Shown: positions 28,495 to 38,856, counted from the stretch's first letter. The stretch is 64,000 bases of DNA from Candidatus Nitrosopelagicus sp. (GCA_028345575.1 JAOMDR010000003.1:8777-72776), one strand, 5' to 3'. The notes: generated by a model from the sequence alone, not told the origin. Numbers and translations are program-made.

Positions 28495-29544
28495 GTGAAA
28501 GCCGCACGGATTATGGAGCCAGATAAGCCATTAGAACTAAATCAAGTTGAAATTTCTGACCCTACTGGAACACAAGTGCTACTCAAAGTAGTCTCCACTG
28601 GTGTTTGTCATAGTGATTTGCATCTTTGGGAAGGTGGATACGATACAGGTGATGGATTTATGAAAGTCACAGACAGAGGTGTAAAATTCCCTGTAACTCC
28701 TGGTCATGAGGTTGTTGGCAATATTGAAAAAATTGGTGAATCTGTAAAAGATGTACAAATTGGCGATACAGTTTTAGTTTATCCTTGGATTGGATGTGAT
28801 GCATGTTCAACTTGTAAAAAAGGTGACACAAATCTCTGTGAAACCCCAAAATCATTAGGTGTCTTTCAAGATGGTGGGTATGCAGAGAAAGTTATTGTTC
28901 CTGATTATAAATTCCTAGCAAACATCGGAGATGTTAATCCAGATTCCGCATCATCATTAGCATGTTCTGGATTAACTGCTTACACTGCAGTCAAAAAAGC
29001 ATTAGTAAATAATCCTGAATCAATTTTAATTGTTGGTGCAGGTGGTCTGGGTTTGATGGGTGTTCAGATAGCAAGCCATATGGCAAAATGTAAAATTATT
29101 TGTGCAGATCTTGATGATGAAAAATTAAAGACTGCAAAAGAATTAGGTGCAACTGACACAGTTAATACAAAAGAAAGTAATGCATCACAAAAAATAATGT
29201 CTATTTGTAATGAAAAAGGTGTTGATAGTATAATTGACTTTGTAAATGCACCGCCAACTGTAAAACTGGATCTATCTGTAATTAGAAAACGTGGAAATAT
29301 AATTTTAGTTGGTTTGTTTGGTGGTTCTGTAGAATTGCCTTTAGTATCTGTGCCGTTAAAGGCAATAACAATCCAGGGTGCTTATACTGGAAACTACAAA
29401 GACATGGTCGAATTAATTGAACTTGCCAAAAAAGGTGTTATCAATCCAATTGTATCAAAACATTATACTTTAGATGAAGCAACTGGTGCTTTAGATGATC
29501 TAAAAAATAGAAAAATTTTGGGACGAGCAGTAATTAATCCTTAA
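28495..29544 (+). CDS. Zn-dependent alcohol dehydrogenase (MDR family)
   Basis: GVCHSD, GHE, C..C..C.......C structural Zn site, GAGGLG. Confidence 0.95.
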   Translation: MKAARIMEPDKPLELNQVEISDPTGTQVLLKVVSTGVCHSDLHLWEGGYDTGDGFMKVTDRGVKFPVTPGHEVVGNIEKIGESVKDVQIGDTVLVYPWIGCDACSTCKKGDTNLCETPKSLGVFQDGGYAEKVIVPDYKFLANIGDVNPDSASSLACSGLTAYTAVKKALVNNPESILIVGAGGLGLMGVQIASHMAKCKIICADLDDEKLKTAKELGATDTVNTKESNASQKIMSICNEKGVDSIIDFVNAPPTVKLDLSVIRKRGNIILVGLFGGSVELPLVSVPLKAITIQGAYTGNYKDMVELIELAKKGVINPIVSKHYTLDEATGALDDLKNRKILGRAVINP

Positions 29545-29554
29545 TTAAAAATTA

Positions 29555-29677
29555 TGGTCCCCACTGAAGGATTTGAGCCTTCGACAACCCGATTTCTGTA
29601 TGCCTAGTAGACTACTGTTATTCAGCCCTAAGCCGACAACTACAGTCGGAAGCTCTACCAGGCTGAGCTAAGTGGGG
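29555..29677 (-). tRNA. tRNA-Tyr(GTA) with 46-nt intron at 37/38 and encoded CCA
   Basis: Acceptor CCCCACT/AGTGGGG (C1-G72), discriminator A, anticodon arm TCCGA-CTGTAG|intron|A-TCGGG, CTGT/ACAG BHB-type helix. Confidence 0.93.
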
Positions 29678-29766
29678 ACATCTTTTTTGATATTTTTTTT
29701 ATTTATTAATTATTAGTTTTGAGCCTTTTTGAACAAATTTAATTACTTTCATTAATTTTGAGATTC

Positions 29767-30378
29767 ATGAGTAATAATTCTCAAACCTCTAGTGGTTATG
29801 TCTGTGCACCATACCTTCATGATCATGATTCAATAGAACTCAAGGATAGTTGGGTTTCATCCAAAAATATAGAATCTCTATATTTTGTTACTGCTACCTT
29901 TTCTGAAGATAGCAAACCGTACTTTTTGACCTCATCAAATCATTACATATTGGCAAAATTCAAAAATCATGAAAAAATTTCAAAAGAAATCCTCTCTCAA
30001 GATACAGACAAGCCGTCATTTCTCTTTAAAATAGACGATACTATATTTGAAAGACCACTAATTGAAAAAACAAATTTTGTTTCAATTTATTATCTGGAAT
30101 ATGGTGATTCAAAAGAAGATCTTAGAGATGTATCTGCACATGTTGCTAGACGAGAAAAAGTATATCGTGCTGGATTTGGAAATATGAAATTATTATCTAA
30201 AGAATCTCCAAAATTCGCATTTCCATATAGCGATCATATTGTAATGTTGGAAATTTCAAGTGACAAGAGTCATCAAAGTGATAACAAATATTGTGAACAA
30301 ACTAGACGTGATATTTGTAGAAAAGGAATTGTTATGAATAATCTTGTAAGTCTCTCAATTCTTGAAACAATGAAATAA
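29767..30378 (+). CDS. Hypothetical protein
   Basis: About 203-aa ORF from ATG 29767. Confidence 0.7.
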   Translation: MSNNSQTSSGYVCAPYLHDHDSIELKDSWVSSKNIESLYFVTATFSEDSKPYFLTSSNHYILAKFKNHEKISKEILSQDTDKPSFLFKIDDTIFERPLIEKTNFVSIYYLEYGDSKEDLRDVSAHVARREKVYRAGFGNMKLLSKESPKFAFPYSDHIVMLEISSDKSHQSDNKYCEQTRRDICRKGIVMNNLVSLSILETMK

Positions 30379-30412
30379 AAAAAGGTAAATACCCCTCAGA
30401 AATTATTTTGTT

Positions 30413-30826
30413 ATGAGCAAACCTTCTGATCTAGGATCATTAAAAATTGGTTCTTACATCTTATTGCCTGTTGGTGATCAACCTACTGGTGAGCCATGTA
30501 GAATATCTGAATATGATACAAGTAAACCTGGAAAACATGGTGCAGCAAAAGCACGAATTGTTGGAGTGGGTGTTTTTGATGGTGCAAAACGTCCACATGT
30601 AGGTCCTGTAAGTATGCAAATTCATGTACCACTTATCGATAAACGAGTTGGCCAAATCATTTCAATGACTGGTTCTGAAATCCAAGTTATGGATGGAGAG
30701 ACGTTTGAAACCGTTGACATTCAGATGGTTGACGAAGAAGTTGACGGAAAATTAGAACAAGGGCAAGATATTGAATATTGGAATGTTATGGGAAGAACTA
30801 AAATCATGCGAATTAAAACATCCTAA
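30413..30826 (+). CDS. eif5a: Translation factor aIF5A
   Basis: SKPGKHGAAK hypusine motif. Confidence 0.97.
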   Translation: MSKPSDLGSLKIGSYILLPVGDQPTGEPCRISEYDTSKPGKHGAAKARIVGVGVFDGAKRPHVGPVSMQIHVPLIDKRVGQIISMTGSEIQVMDGETFETVDIQMVDEEVDGKLEQGQDIEYWNVMGRTKIMRIKTS

Positions 30827-30829
30827 ATT

Positions 30830-30894
30830 GGATGCTAATGATGATTGGAAAAGCCAACTGATTTCTGATGAAGATTATGAGTATTGAGGCATCC
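30830..30894 (+). ncRNA. Box C/D guide sRNA (predicted to direct 2'-O-methylation of C34 in a CAU-anticodon tRNA)
   Basis: 7-bp terminal stem GGATGCT/GGCATCC; C ATGATGA 30838-44; D' CTGA 30858-61; C' CTGATGA 30865-71; D TTGA 30884-87; guides of 13 and 12 nt. Confidence 0.85.
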
Positions 30895-30910
30895 TATTTT
30901 TTATTTTAAA

Positions 30911-31600
30911 ATGAAATTAGCTGCATTATTTTCTGGTGGAAAAGATAGCACATATGCAATTTATCTTGCAAAAAAATTATTTCATTCAGTTGATGTATTA
31001 TTAACATTATATCCCCATTCTAATGAAAGCCACTTACTACACCACCCAAACATAAAATTCACTTCTTTACAATCTGAATCTATGAAAATACCTCAACTAG
31101 TCGAAGAAATTTCATCCACTGATGCTAAGGCTGAATCTCAAAAACTTGACAAATTGATTACTATTGCAAAAGAAAATTATTCTATTGAAGGGATCGTACA
31201 TGGTGGTATTCTCAGTAAATACCAAAAGGATAATTTTTCCTTAATCTGCAAAAAAAATAATTTAGAAATTTTATCGCCTTTATGGAATAAAAAACCTGAA
31301 TCTTACATGAAAGAATTATTGGAAGAAAATTTTGAATATATTATTTCTAGTGTGAGTTCTGATGGTTTGAATGATTCTTGGCTTGGAAAAATAATTGATA
31401 AAAATGGATTAGAAGATCTCAAAAAATTACAAAAAAAATTTGGATTTAATCTTAATTTTGAAGGGGGTGAGGCTGAAACTTTTGTAATAAATTGTCCTTT
31501 ATTTGAAAAATCATTATTTATTCAAGATTCAAGTACTGAATGGGATGGTTATAGGGGAAGATTTGAAATATTGGAGGCAAAATTAAAAGATAATGCTTGA
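30911..31600 (+). CDS. dph6: Diphthine--ammonia ligase (Dph6)
   Basis: LFSGGKDS, G.I.S.YQ, SPLW, FEGGEAET.V..CPLF; ATG 30911. Confidence 0.92.
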   Translation: MKLAALFSGGKDSTYAIYLAKKLFHSVDVLLTLYPHSNESHLLHHPNIKFTSLQSESMKIPQLVEEISSTDAKAESQKLDKLITIAKENYSIEGIVHGGILSKYQKDNFSLICKKNNLEILSPLWNKKPESYMKELLEENFEYIISSVSSDGLNDSWLGKIIDKNGLEDLKKLQKKFGFNLNFEGGEAETFVINCPLFEKSLFIQDSSTEWDGYRGRFEILEAKLKDNA

Positions 31601-32918
31601 TAATCTGAAAGATGGTCTACGAACCGCAATTAAAAAAATTGTTAGCTCTTCTGGAATCGACGAAGAATTAATTAAAGAATTAGCAAAGGATGTACAACGT
31701 TCGCTTTTACAATCTGATGTAAATGTGAAATTAGTTCTTGAAATTACAAAAAATCTTCAAGAACGTTGCATCAACGAAACTCCACCACCTGGATTATCGA
31801 GAAAAGATCATATTGTAAAAATCCTGTACGATGAATTATCCAAATTATTAGGAAATGATACTGAGTTTCACTTCAAATCTGGAAAAATTAACAAAGTTTT
31901 GATGCTTGGAATTCAAGGAAGCGGTAAAACTACTGTATCCTCAAAACTAGCAAAATTTCTTACCAAACAAGGATACCGTGTTGGTGCAATTGGTGCTGAT
32001 ACCTATAGACCTGGTGCATTGGTTCAATTAAGAACAAATTGTGAAAAATCTAATGTTGAAGTTTACGGTGAAGAAAATAACAAAGATTCTGCTCAAATAG
32101 TCAAAAACGGTTTGAAACATTTTGAAAATTCAAATGTAGATGTAGTATTGATTGATACCGCTGGACGTCATAAAGAAGAAAAAGATCTTTTAGATGAAAT
32201 GACTGAAATTTCTAAAGTATCTAATCCTGATTTAGCATTATTAATTATTGATGGTACAATTGGTCAACAGTGTTTTTCTCAAGCAGAGGCATTTAACAAA
32301 ATTGTTCCTGTTGGAGGCATAGTAATCACTAAACTTGATAGTTCAGCAAAAGGTGGTGGAGCTTTAGCGGCATCTGCGGCAACTGGTGCGCAAGTAATGT
32401 ATGTTGGAACTGGTGAACGAATTGATGATCTAGAACAATTTTCACCTACTAGATTTGTTGGTAGACTCTTAGGTATGGGTGATGTTCAAGCTGTACTTGA
32501 TCTTGCAAAAAGACTTGGTAATGAAGCAGATGAAGTTCGTATGAAAAGAATTACAAGTGGTAAAATGAATATGGAAGATTTCTTTTATCAATTAGAAGAA
32601 GTAACCAAAGTCGGTTCTCTTCAAAGTTTAATGGAAACAATGCCTGGATTGTCAGGAATGGTAAAAGAAGATCAACTTGAAGTGATGGAAAAAAGAATGG
32701 ACAAATGGCGATATATCATCCAAAGTATGAATACAAAAGAAAAAGCTGATCCTGATTTACTTAATTCATCTAGAATCAAAAGAATTGCACGTGGTTCTGG
32801 TTGGCCTGAGCATGAAGTTAAAGAATTAATAAAAAACTACAAAAACTCAAAAACAATGATGAAAGCATCTAAAGGTAGACAAATGCAAGGTATGCTTCGT
32901 AAACTTGGAATGGGTTAA
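31593..32918 (+). CDS. srp54: Signal recognition particle protein SRP54
   Basis: GIQGSGKTT, DTYRP.A..QL, DTAGR, TKLD..AKGGG, Met-rich M domain with RIARGSG. Confidence 0.97.
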   Translation: MLDNLKDGLRTAIKKIVSSSGIDEELIKELAKDVQRSLLQSDVNVKLVLEITKNLQERCINETPPPGLSRKDHIVKILYDELSKLLGNDTEFHFKSGKINKVLMLGIQGSGKTTVSSKLAKFLTKQGYRVGAIGADTYRPGALVQLRTNCEKSNVEVYGEENNKDSAQIVKNGLKHFENSNVDVVLIDTAGRHKEEKDLLDEMTEISKVSNPDLALLIIDGTIGQQCFSQAEAFNKIVPVGGIVITKLDSSAKGGGALAASAATGAQVMYVGTGERIDDLEQFSPTRFVGRLLGMGDVQAVLDLAKRLGNEADEVRMKRITSGKMNMEDFFYQLEEVTKVGSLQSLMETMPGLSGMVKEDQLEVMEKRMDKWRYIIQSMNTKEKADPDLLNSSRIKRIARGSGWPEHEVKELIKNYKNSKTMMKASKGRQMQGMLRKLGMG

Positions 32919-33679
32919 CTAGAAAAACTTCTAATGTATACGCATTGTTCATAAGGAATTATCATTTCTTCAGAAATAATTTGTCTGTTTGTCAATTCAC
33001 ATTCTGAATCTCTGATAATTGCTATTGGATGCAGATCATTTCCTTCTCCCATCTTATGATTTGCAATTGATGCTAAATTATCGGCAGTCGCTTGAAATGT
33101 AACTTTTAGTGGATTTCCATCCAAATCCTTCTCTCCACGTAAATCTTTAGTGGGTTCTATTCCTGCACATGCTATTGCAACTCCTGTCGTACCAATTCTT
33201 GCAGGCATTAATCTACTATCTACTATGATTATACCAACATGTAAATTTAGTTCAAGAAAAATTTTCCTTTTTAATTCTTCAGCAAATTTGTATGGTTCAT
33301 TGGGATACAAAATAATTTTTGTTCCCTTGGAATTTGATTTGTCAATTCCAGCGTTAGGTGCCAATATTCCATTTGTGGTGGCCATGGCAAACCCTGCAAC
33401 TCCCCCTACAATTTTGTCTGATTCTCTAAAAACAATCTCCATAAATTTTTCATTAGTATTGAATTTTTTTGCAATTTTTCTTGCTTTTTCACAAACCTTT
33501 GATTTTTCTATTTTTAAAATTCGTCCTTGTGAATTGGAAATAAATTTACTTGATATTATTAAAACATCTCCTTCTTTGATTACAACCCTGCTATTTTCAA
33601 CTATTTTCTGTAGTTCTTCAAAAAAGCAAAATTTACCATCTTTTTTCTCTGAGGTTAATGGAATTACTGTCAAATTCAT
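32915..33679 (-). CDS. cofE: Coenzyme F420-0:L-glutamate ligase
   Basis: SSKFIS, NAGIDKSN, DSR..P.R.G..GVA, DL.G..L.VT, GEG. Confidence 0.9.
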   Translation of the reverse strand: MNLTVIPLTSEKKDGKFCFFEELQKIVENSRVVIKEGDVLIISSKFISNSQGRILKIEKSKVCEKARKIAKKFNTNEKFMEIVFRESDKIVGGVAGFAMATTNGILAPNAGIDKSNSKGTKIILYPNEPYKFAEELKRKIFLELNLHVGIIIVDSRLMPARIGTTGVAIACAGIEPTKDLRGEKDLDGNPLKVTFQATADNLASIANHKMGEGNDLHPIAIIRDSECELTNRQIISEEMIIPYEQCVYIRSFSS

Positions 33680-33751
33680 AGATATTTTAGATATTATTCT
33701 CTAATTATTGTTCTGAAAAGCTTTTAATCTCAATCGATGGCATTGTCGTTT

Positions 33752-35023
33752 ATGAACATAACTGAAAAAATACTAGCTCGTGCTTCTGGTAAAAGTACCG
33801 TTTCCCCAGACGATATTGTTTTCGCCAAGGTCGATAAAGTTATGGTTCACGATGTTTCTGGACCTGGAGTCTTGAAAGTTTTTGATAAATTACAAAAACA
33901 AGGAATTGATACATCCAAATTACATGATCCAACAAAAGTTTGGATTGCAGAAGATCATTTTGTTCCATCTGCAGAAAAAATTTCTGCAGAAAATATTGTA
34001 AAATTATCTAATTTTTCAAAAAAATATGATATCAAAAAACATTTCAAATATGGAATGGGGCAATATGGAATATGTCATACATTATCTCATGAAGAAGCAT
34101 TGGTTAATCCTGGGGATGTTTATGTTGGAGGTGATTCTCATACTAATACTACTGGCGCATTGGGTGCATTTGCCTGTGGATTAGGTCATACTGATGTTGC
34201 ATATGTATTACTAAATGGTGAAATTTGGTTCAAAGTACCTGAAACATATTACTTCAAACTTAATGGAAAATTACCTCCGCACGTAATGGCTAAAGATTTC
34301 ATACTCAACATTATTGGTGATATTGGAAATGATGGTGGTGCATATAATACCATGCAATTTGGTGGAACAGGAATTGATGAAATGTCTGTAGAAAGTAGAT
34401 TGACATTAGCCAACATGACCACTGAAGCTGGTGCAAAAAATGGTATTATTGAATCTGATAAAAAAACAGTTGAATATCTAAATCAAAGAGGCGCAACAAA
34501 TGTTTCTGAATTTCATGGAGATGCCGATGCAGATTATTCTAAAATTCTTGAGTACGAAGCATCTGAATTGGAACCTACTGTTGCAAAACCATTTTCTCCT
34601 GACAACATTACTGTTGCAAGGGAATTATCTTCTACTGAATTAGATAAATCATACATTGGTTCTTGCACTGGTGCAAAATATGAAGATCTTCTAGCAGCTG
34701 CTAAAATTCTTAAGGGAAGACAAGTAAAAATACGAACTGAAGTGTTACCTGCAGCAATTTCAATATACAAAAGAGCGGTAAAAGATGGATTAATTGAAAT
34801 ATTTTTAGATGCTGGTGCTACTGTAGGTCCGCCTACATGTGGTGCATGTTGTGGTGCTCATATGGGAGTATTGGCAAAAGATGAAATTTGTGTTAGTACT
34901 ACAAATAGAAACTTCCCAGGCAGGATGGGGCATGTAGAATCTCAGACATATCTTGCATCACCACAAGTTGCAGCTGCATCTGCTGTAACTGGAAAATTAA
35001 CTGATCCGAGGGATTTGAATTGA
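33752..35023 (+). CDS. Aconitase-family large subunit, archaeal homoaconitase/IPMI (HacA/LeuC) type
   Basis: HD, DHFVP, GICH, GDSHT.T.GA, IGSCT, CGAC.G.H, STTNRNF.GR. Confidence 0.9.
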   Translation: MNITEKILARASGKSTVSPDDIVFAKVDKVMVHDVSGPGVLKVFDKLQKQGIDTSKLHDPTKVWIAEDHFVPSAEKISAENIVKLSNFSKKYDIKKHFKYGMGQYGICHTLSHEEALVNPGDVYVGGDSHTNTTGALGAFACGLGHTDVAYVLLNGEIWFKVPETYYFKLNGKLPPHVMAKDFILNIIGDIGNDGGAYNTMQFGGTGIDEMSVESRLTLANMTTEAGAKNGIIESDKKTVEYLNQRGATNVSEFHGDADADYSKILEYEASELEPTVAKPFSPDNITVARELSSTELDKSYIGSCTGAKYEDLLAAAKILKGRQVKIRTEVLPAAISIYKRAVKDGLIEIFLDAGATVGPPTCGACCGAHMGVLAKDEICVSTTNRNFPGRMGHVESQTYLASPQVAAASAVTGKLTDPRDLN

Positions 35024-35502
35024 TTGGTAATGTAATAAAATATGAACAGGATAATATTGATACTGATGTCATAATCCCTGGAACATATTTGAAAATTCAT
35101 GATTATAATGAATTAGCAACACATGCAATGGAAGGACTTGATCCTGAATTTCCATCAAAAGTCAAAGATGGTGATTTCATTGTTGCAGGAAAAAATTTTG
35201 GTTGTGGCTCTTCAAGAGAACATGCACCAATCGCACTCTCGACATGTGGAATAAAAGCCGTAATTGCTACCTCTTTTGCAAGAATATTTTATAGAAACTC
35301 TGTAGATGGTGCATTTTTACTTCCAATAGAAGTTGATGATGAAACATATCAAAAAATATCAAATTCTGATAAACTAGAAATCAATATTGAAAAAAATGAG
35401 ATAAAAAATATTACAAAAAATGAAACCTATACTATGAAACCTTTCTCAGAAATAATAGCAAAAATTATAGCTGCTGGCGGTCTTTTCAAATATAAAAAGT
35501 GA
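35020..35502 (+). CDS. Aconitase-family small subunit (HacB/LeuD type)
   Basis: NIDTDVIIPG.YL, NFGCGSSREHA, SFARIFYRN. Confidence 0.9.
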   Translation: MIGNVIKYEQDNIDTDVIIPGTYLKIHDYNELATHAMEGLDPEFPSKVKDGDFIVAGKNFGCGSSREHAPIALSTCGIKAVIATSFARIFYRNSVDGAFLLPIEVDDETYQKISNSDKLEINIEKNEIKNITKNETYTMKPFSEIIAKIIAAGGLFKYKK

Positions 35503-35511
35503 ATATAATAA

Positions 35512-36921
35512 ATGACTGAAACATTATTTGAGAAAATCTGGAATTCTCATGTTGTAGTTGAAAAAGAAAATGAACCTTCTTTAATTTACATTGATCGTCA
35601 TTTAATTCATGAAGTAACATCACCTCAGGCTTTTGATGGATTACGTGCTAATCACAGAGATGTTAGACGTAGAGATCTAACTGTGGCTACCATTGATCAT
35701 AATGTTCCTACTACTGATAGAAGCTTACCAATGATTGATGAAACTTCTTCAACACAAATAAAAACTTTGGAAAAAAATTGTAAGGATTTCGGAATAAAGC
35801 TATTTGGAATTAATGATCCGAATCAGGGAATTGTGCATGTAATAGGACCTCAGTTAGGAATTACTTTACCAGGTAGTACAATAGTATGTGGTGATAGTCA
35901 TACATCAACACAAGGTGCATTTGGTGCATTTGCATTTGGTATTGGAACAAGTGAAGTTGAACATACTCTTGCAACTCAAACACTCTGGCTTGAAAAACCA
36001 AAAACATTTGAAATTTTAGCCACCGGTAAGCGGAAAAACTCATTTGCAATAACCTCTAAGGATATAATTCTAAGTATTATCAAACAGATTGGAACTGATG
36101 GTGGTACTGGTCATGTATTAGAATATCGTGGTGATGCAATTAGTGATCTATCGATGGAACAACGAATGACTATTTGTAATATGTCTATTGAGGCTGGTTC
36201 TAGAGCTGGTCTAATTGCACCTGACGAAAAAACATTTGATTATCTTAATCATAGAAAGTATACTCCAAAAAATTATGATGAATTAGTTGACGATTGGAAA
36301 AATAATCTTATGTCTGATGCTAATTCAAAATTTGATAAAAGTTTCACAATTGATGTGGATAAAATTGAACCACAAGTAAGTTGGGGAACAAATCCTGCAA
36401 TGGTGTCTGACATAACCGGAAAAATTCCTACTCCTGAAGAATTTGGTCAGAATAATGAAATACAAATTGAAAGTGCAAAAAAAGCATTGTTGTATATGGA
36501 TCTAAAACCTGATACTCCAATTATAGAAATTCCAATTGATAGAGTTTTCATTGGTTCTTGTACAAATGCACGTTTAGAAGATTTGAAAGATGCGGCAGAA
36601 ATTGTAAATGGTAAAACAGTTAATGCTGATGTTGATGCAATGGTTGTTCCAGGTTCACAAATGGTTAAAATGGAAGCTGAAAAATTAGGATTAGATAAAA
36701 TTTTTAAAGATGCGAATTTTGAGTGGAGAGAATCCGGTTGCAGTATGTGTCTTGGAATGAATCCTGATATTTTAAAACCTGGTGAACGTTGTGCAAGTAC
36801 ATCTAATAGAAACTTTGAAGGAAGACAAGGCTCTGGTGGCAGAACTCATCTTGTAAGTCCTGTTATGGCTGCTGCATCTGCCATTGCTGGTCATTTTGTT
36901 GATGTTAGGGAATGGTGTTAA
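35512..36921 (+). CDS. leuC: 3-isopropylmalate dehydratase large subunit (bacterial type)
   Basis: [55 protein letters not shown]. Confidence 0.95.
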   Translation: MTETLFEKIWNSHVVVEKENEPSLIYIDRHLIHEVTSPQAFDGLRANHRDVRRRDLTVATIDHNVPTTDRSLPMIDETSSTQIKTLEKNCKDFGIKLFGINDPNQGIVHVIGPQLGITLPGSTIVCGDSHTSTQGAFGAFAFGIGTSEVEHTLATQTLWLEKPKTFEILATGKRKNSFAITSKDIILSIIKQIGTDGGTGHVLEYRGDAISDLSMEQRMTICNMSIEAGSRAGLIAPDEKTFDYLNHRKYTPKNYDELVDDWKNNLMSDANSKFDKSFTIDVDKIEPQVSWGTNPAMVSDITGKIPTPEEFGQNNEIQIESAKKALLYMDLKPDTPIIEIPIDRVFIGSCTNARLEDLKDAAEIVNGKTVNADVDAMVVPGSQMVKMEAEKLGLDKIFKDANFEWRESGCSMCLGMNPDILKPGERCASTSNRNFEGRQGSGGRTHLVSPVMAAASAIAGHFVDVREWC

Positions 36922-36924
36922 AAT

Positions 36925-37512
36925 TTGAAACCTTTCACCAAAATTATCAGTATTATTACTCCATTTGATAAAGCAAATGTCGATACGGATCAAATAATTC
37001 CCAAACAATTTCTTAAATTAATTACAAAATCTGGATTTGGAAAATTTCTTTTTTATGATTGGAGATTTAATCATGATGGACAGGAAAAAAGTGATTTCAT
37101 TTTAAATGATTCAAAATACTGTGACTCTCAGATACTGGTTACTAATGAAAATTTTGGTTGTGGCTCTTCAAGAGAACATGCTGTTTGGGCATTGAAAGAT
37201 TTTGGTTTTAGTGTAATAATATCTCCTTCATTTGCAGATATTTTCTATAGTAATTGCTTCAAAAATGGTGTTTTGCCAATTATCTTGGATATTGTAAAAA
37301 TTAAAAAATTATTGCAATACACAGAAAAAATTGAACTTGATTTAGACTCTCAGAAAATCATTTTTGGTGATGAATCTATGAATTTTGAAATAGACTCTCA
37401 TAGAAAAATCCGATTATTAGAAGGATTAGATGACATTGATCTCACTCTCAAAGAAGATGAAAAAATCCAACATTTTGAAAAAAACTCTTCTATAGTATCA
37501 ATCTTTGGATAA
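36925..37512 (+). CDS. leuD: 3-isopropylmalate dehydratase small subunit (bacterial type)
   Basis: NVDTDQIIPKQFL, NFGCGSSREHA.WAL, GLDDI.LTL. Confidence 0.95.
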   Translation: MKPFTKIISIITPFDKANVDTDQIIPKQFLKLITKSGFGKFLFYDWRFNHDGQEKSDFILNDSKYCDSQILVTNENFGCGSSREHAVWALKDFGFSVIISPSFADIFYSNCFKNGVLPIILDIVKIKKLLQYTEKIELDLDSQKIIFGDESMNFEIDSHRKIRLLEGLDDIDLTLKEDEKIQHFEKNSSIVSIFG

Positions 37513-37536
37513 ATACAAAAAATTTTACTGATAAGA

Positions 37537-37986
37537 CTATCTGTATGATTTTTGTTTTCTTCTTCTTGCACCAGGGCCGCCAAATTTCTTTGGTTCTTTT
37601 CTTCTTGCATCTCCACTGATCAAATATTTGTCATAATCTGCAATTTTTTCTTTTAATTGTTGACGTGTTGTTTTGTTAAATGGATGATCTTTTGGTTCTT
37701 TCTTTGATTTTGTCCAACCGATTAAAGCTCTTGACATTGCAGTAGCCGATGCATATGCTTGTCCCATAAAACCTCCGCCTCTAACTCTAATTGAAATGTC
37801 CACTTTATCTCTAATTTCCTCACCAATAATGTCTAATGGTGCTAGGATTACTTCTCTTGAAGATTCTGGCTCAATCATTTCGAGTGGAATATTATTAATT
37901 CTAATTTTTCCTACACCTTTTGTTATGTATACGTGTGCACTAGATGTTTTTCTTGATGCATAGTAAATCTCTGTTTTAGGAATCAA
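37537..37986 (-). CDS. rps9: 30S ribosomal protein S9
   Basis: RKTS.A, GGG..GQA.A, D.RRKEPKKFGGPGAR...QKSYR. Confidence 0.97.
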   Translation of the reverse strand: MIPKTEIYYASRKTSSAHVYITKGVGKIRINNIPLEMIEPESSREVILAPLDIIGEEIRDKVDISIRVRGGGFMGQAYASATAMSRALIGWTKSKKEPKDHPFNKTTRQQLKEKIADYDKYLISGDARRKEPKKFGGPGARRRKQKSYR

Positions 37987-38477
37987 AAGTTGGTTCCTCC
38001 AATGTATCTACTTATCTCTGCCATTGTTGTATATCGTGATGAATCATGTCTAATTTTTGCTTTCTCAAATTGAATCTTTTCTAAACCTTTTACTTCTTTT
38101 GGGACGCCAATGTATGTTCTCAATCTTGATAAATCAGTTTTTCCAGATGGTTTGTCTTCATATGGAAGCATTCCTCTAATCATTCTTGCAATTACTGTAT
38201 CTGGTCTTCTAGGATGTTTAGGTCCATGTTTGTAATTGATGATACTGTTAATTTTTAAAAACTCTTCGTATTCTCCAACGATGCTTGCTTTTTTTCCACT
38301 CATCATAATTTTATCACAATTAACTACTGTAACTCTATTTCCTTTTCTCAATAATTTTGCGACATTTGATGCAAGTCTACCTGCAATCAAGCTTGTACCA
38401 TCAACAACTATTGGTTTACTCAAGTCAATAACTTGTTGTTGTTCTGGTTGAGACTTTCTGTTATTCCATTTAGCCAA
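37983..38477 (-). CDS. rpl13: 50S ribosomal protein L13
   Basis: GRLAS.VAK.L, GP.HPRRP, IRGMLP. Confidence 0.96.
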   Translation of the reverse strand: MAKWNNRKSQPEQQQVIDLSKPIVVDGTSLIAGRLASNVAKLLRKGNRVTVVNCDKIMMSGKKASIVGEYEEFLKINSIINYKHGPKHPRRPDTVIARMIRGMLPYEDKPSGKTDLSRLRTYIGVPKEVKGLEKIQFEKAKIRHDSSRYTTMAEISRYIGGTNF

Positions 38478-38817
38478 TTATTTTAACTCCTTTGCCTGTT
38501 GGATATTTTTCAATCATTTTTGAAAATTCTAAGACTTCCCCACCTGATTCTATAATTTTTTTTGCTGCGGAATTTGAAATAGATAATGATGAAACTGAAA
38601 CTTTATGTGAAATACTACCTGTCCCTAAAATTTTTCCAGTAATTATTACTGCATTTCCATCTTCTGTTTTTTGATCAATTCTGGTAAGATTCACGATTTT
38701 TTGATTTGATCTTGATTTTTGAACATAATCTGCAACTTTTGCCCAAATTGGTGCATCATTATCTTTAGATGCCTTCTTCAAGATTTTTAGCATATTTACT
38801 TTAGCTTGTGTTACCAT
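38470..38817 (-). CDS. rpl18e: 50S ribosomal protein L18e
   Basis: APIW..VA, VNL.RI, GKILG.G, P.GKGV.IIG. Confidence 0.95.
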   Translation of the reverse strand: MVTQAKVNMLKILKKASKDNDAPIWAKVADYVQKSRSNQKIVNLTRIDQKTEDGNAVIITGKILGTGSISHKVSVSSLSISNSAAKKIIESGGEVLEFSKMIEKYPTGKGVKIIG

Positions 38818-38856
38818 AAGTCAAATCGCCATTTTACCCAAATATAATATGATGTC

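Noticed and set aside
30884-30910. TTG start for dph6
   Set aside because: The TTG is the D box of the C/D sRNA; the family N-terminus begins at ATG 30911 (MKLAALFSGGKDS).
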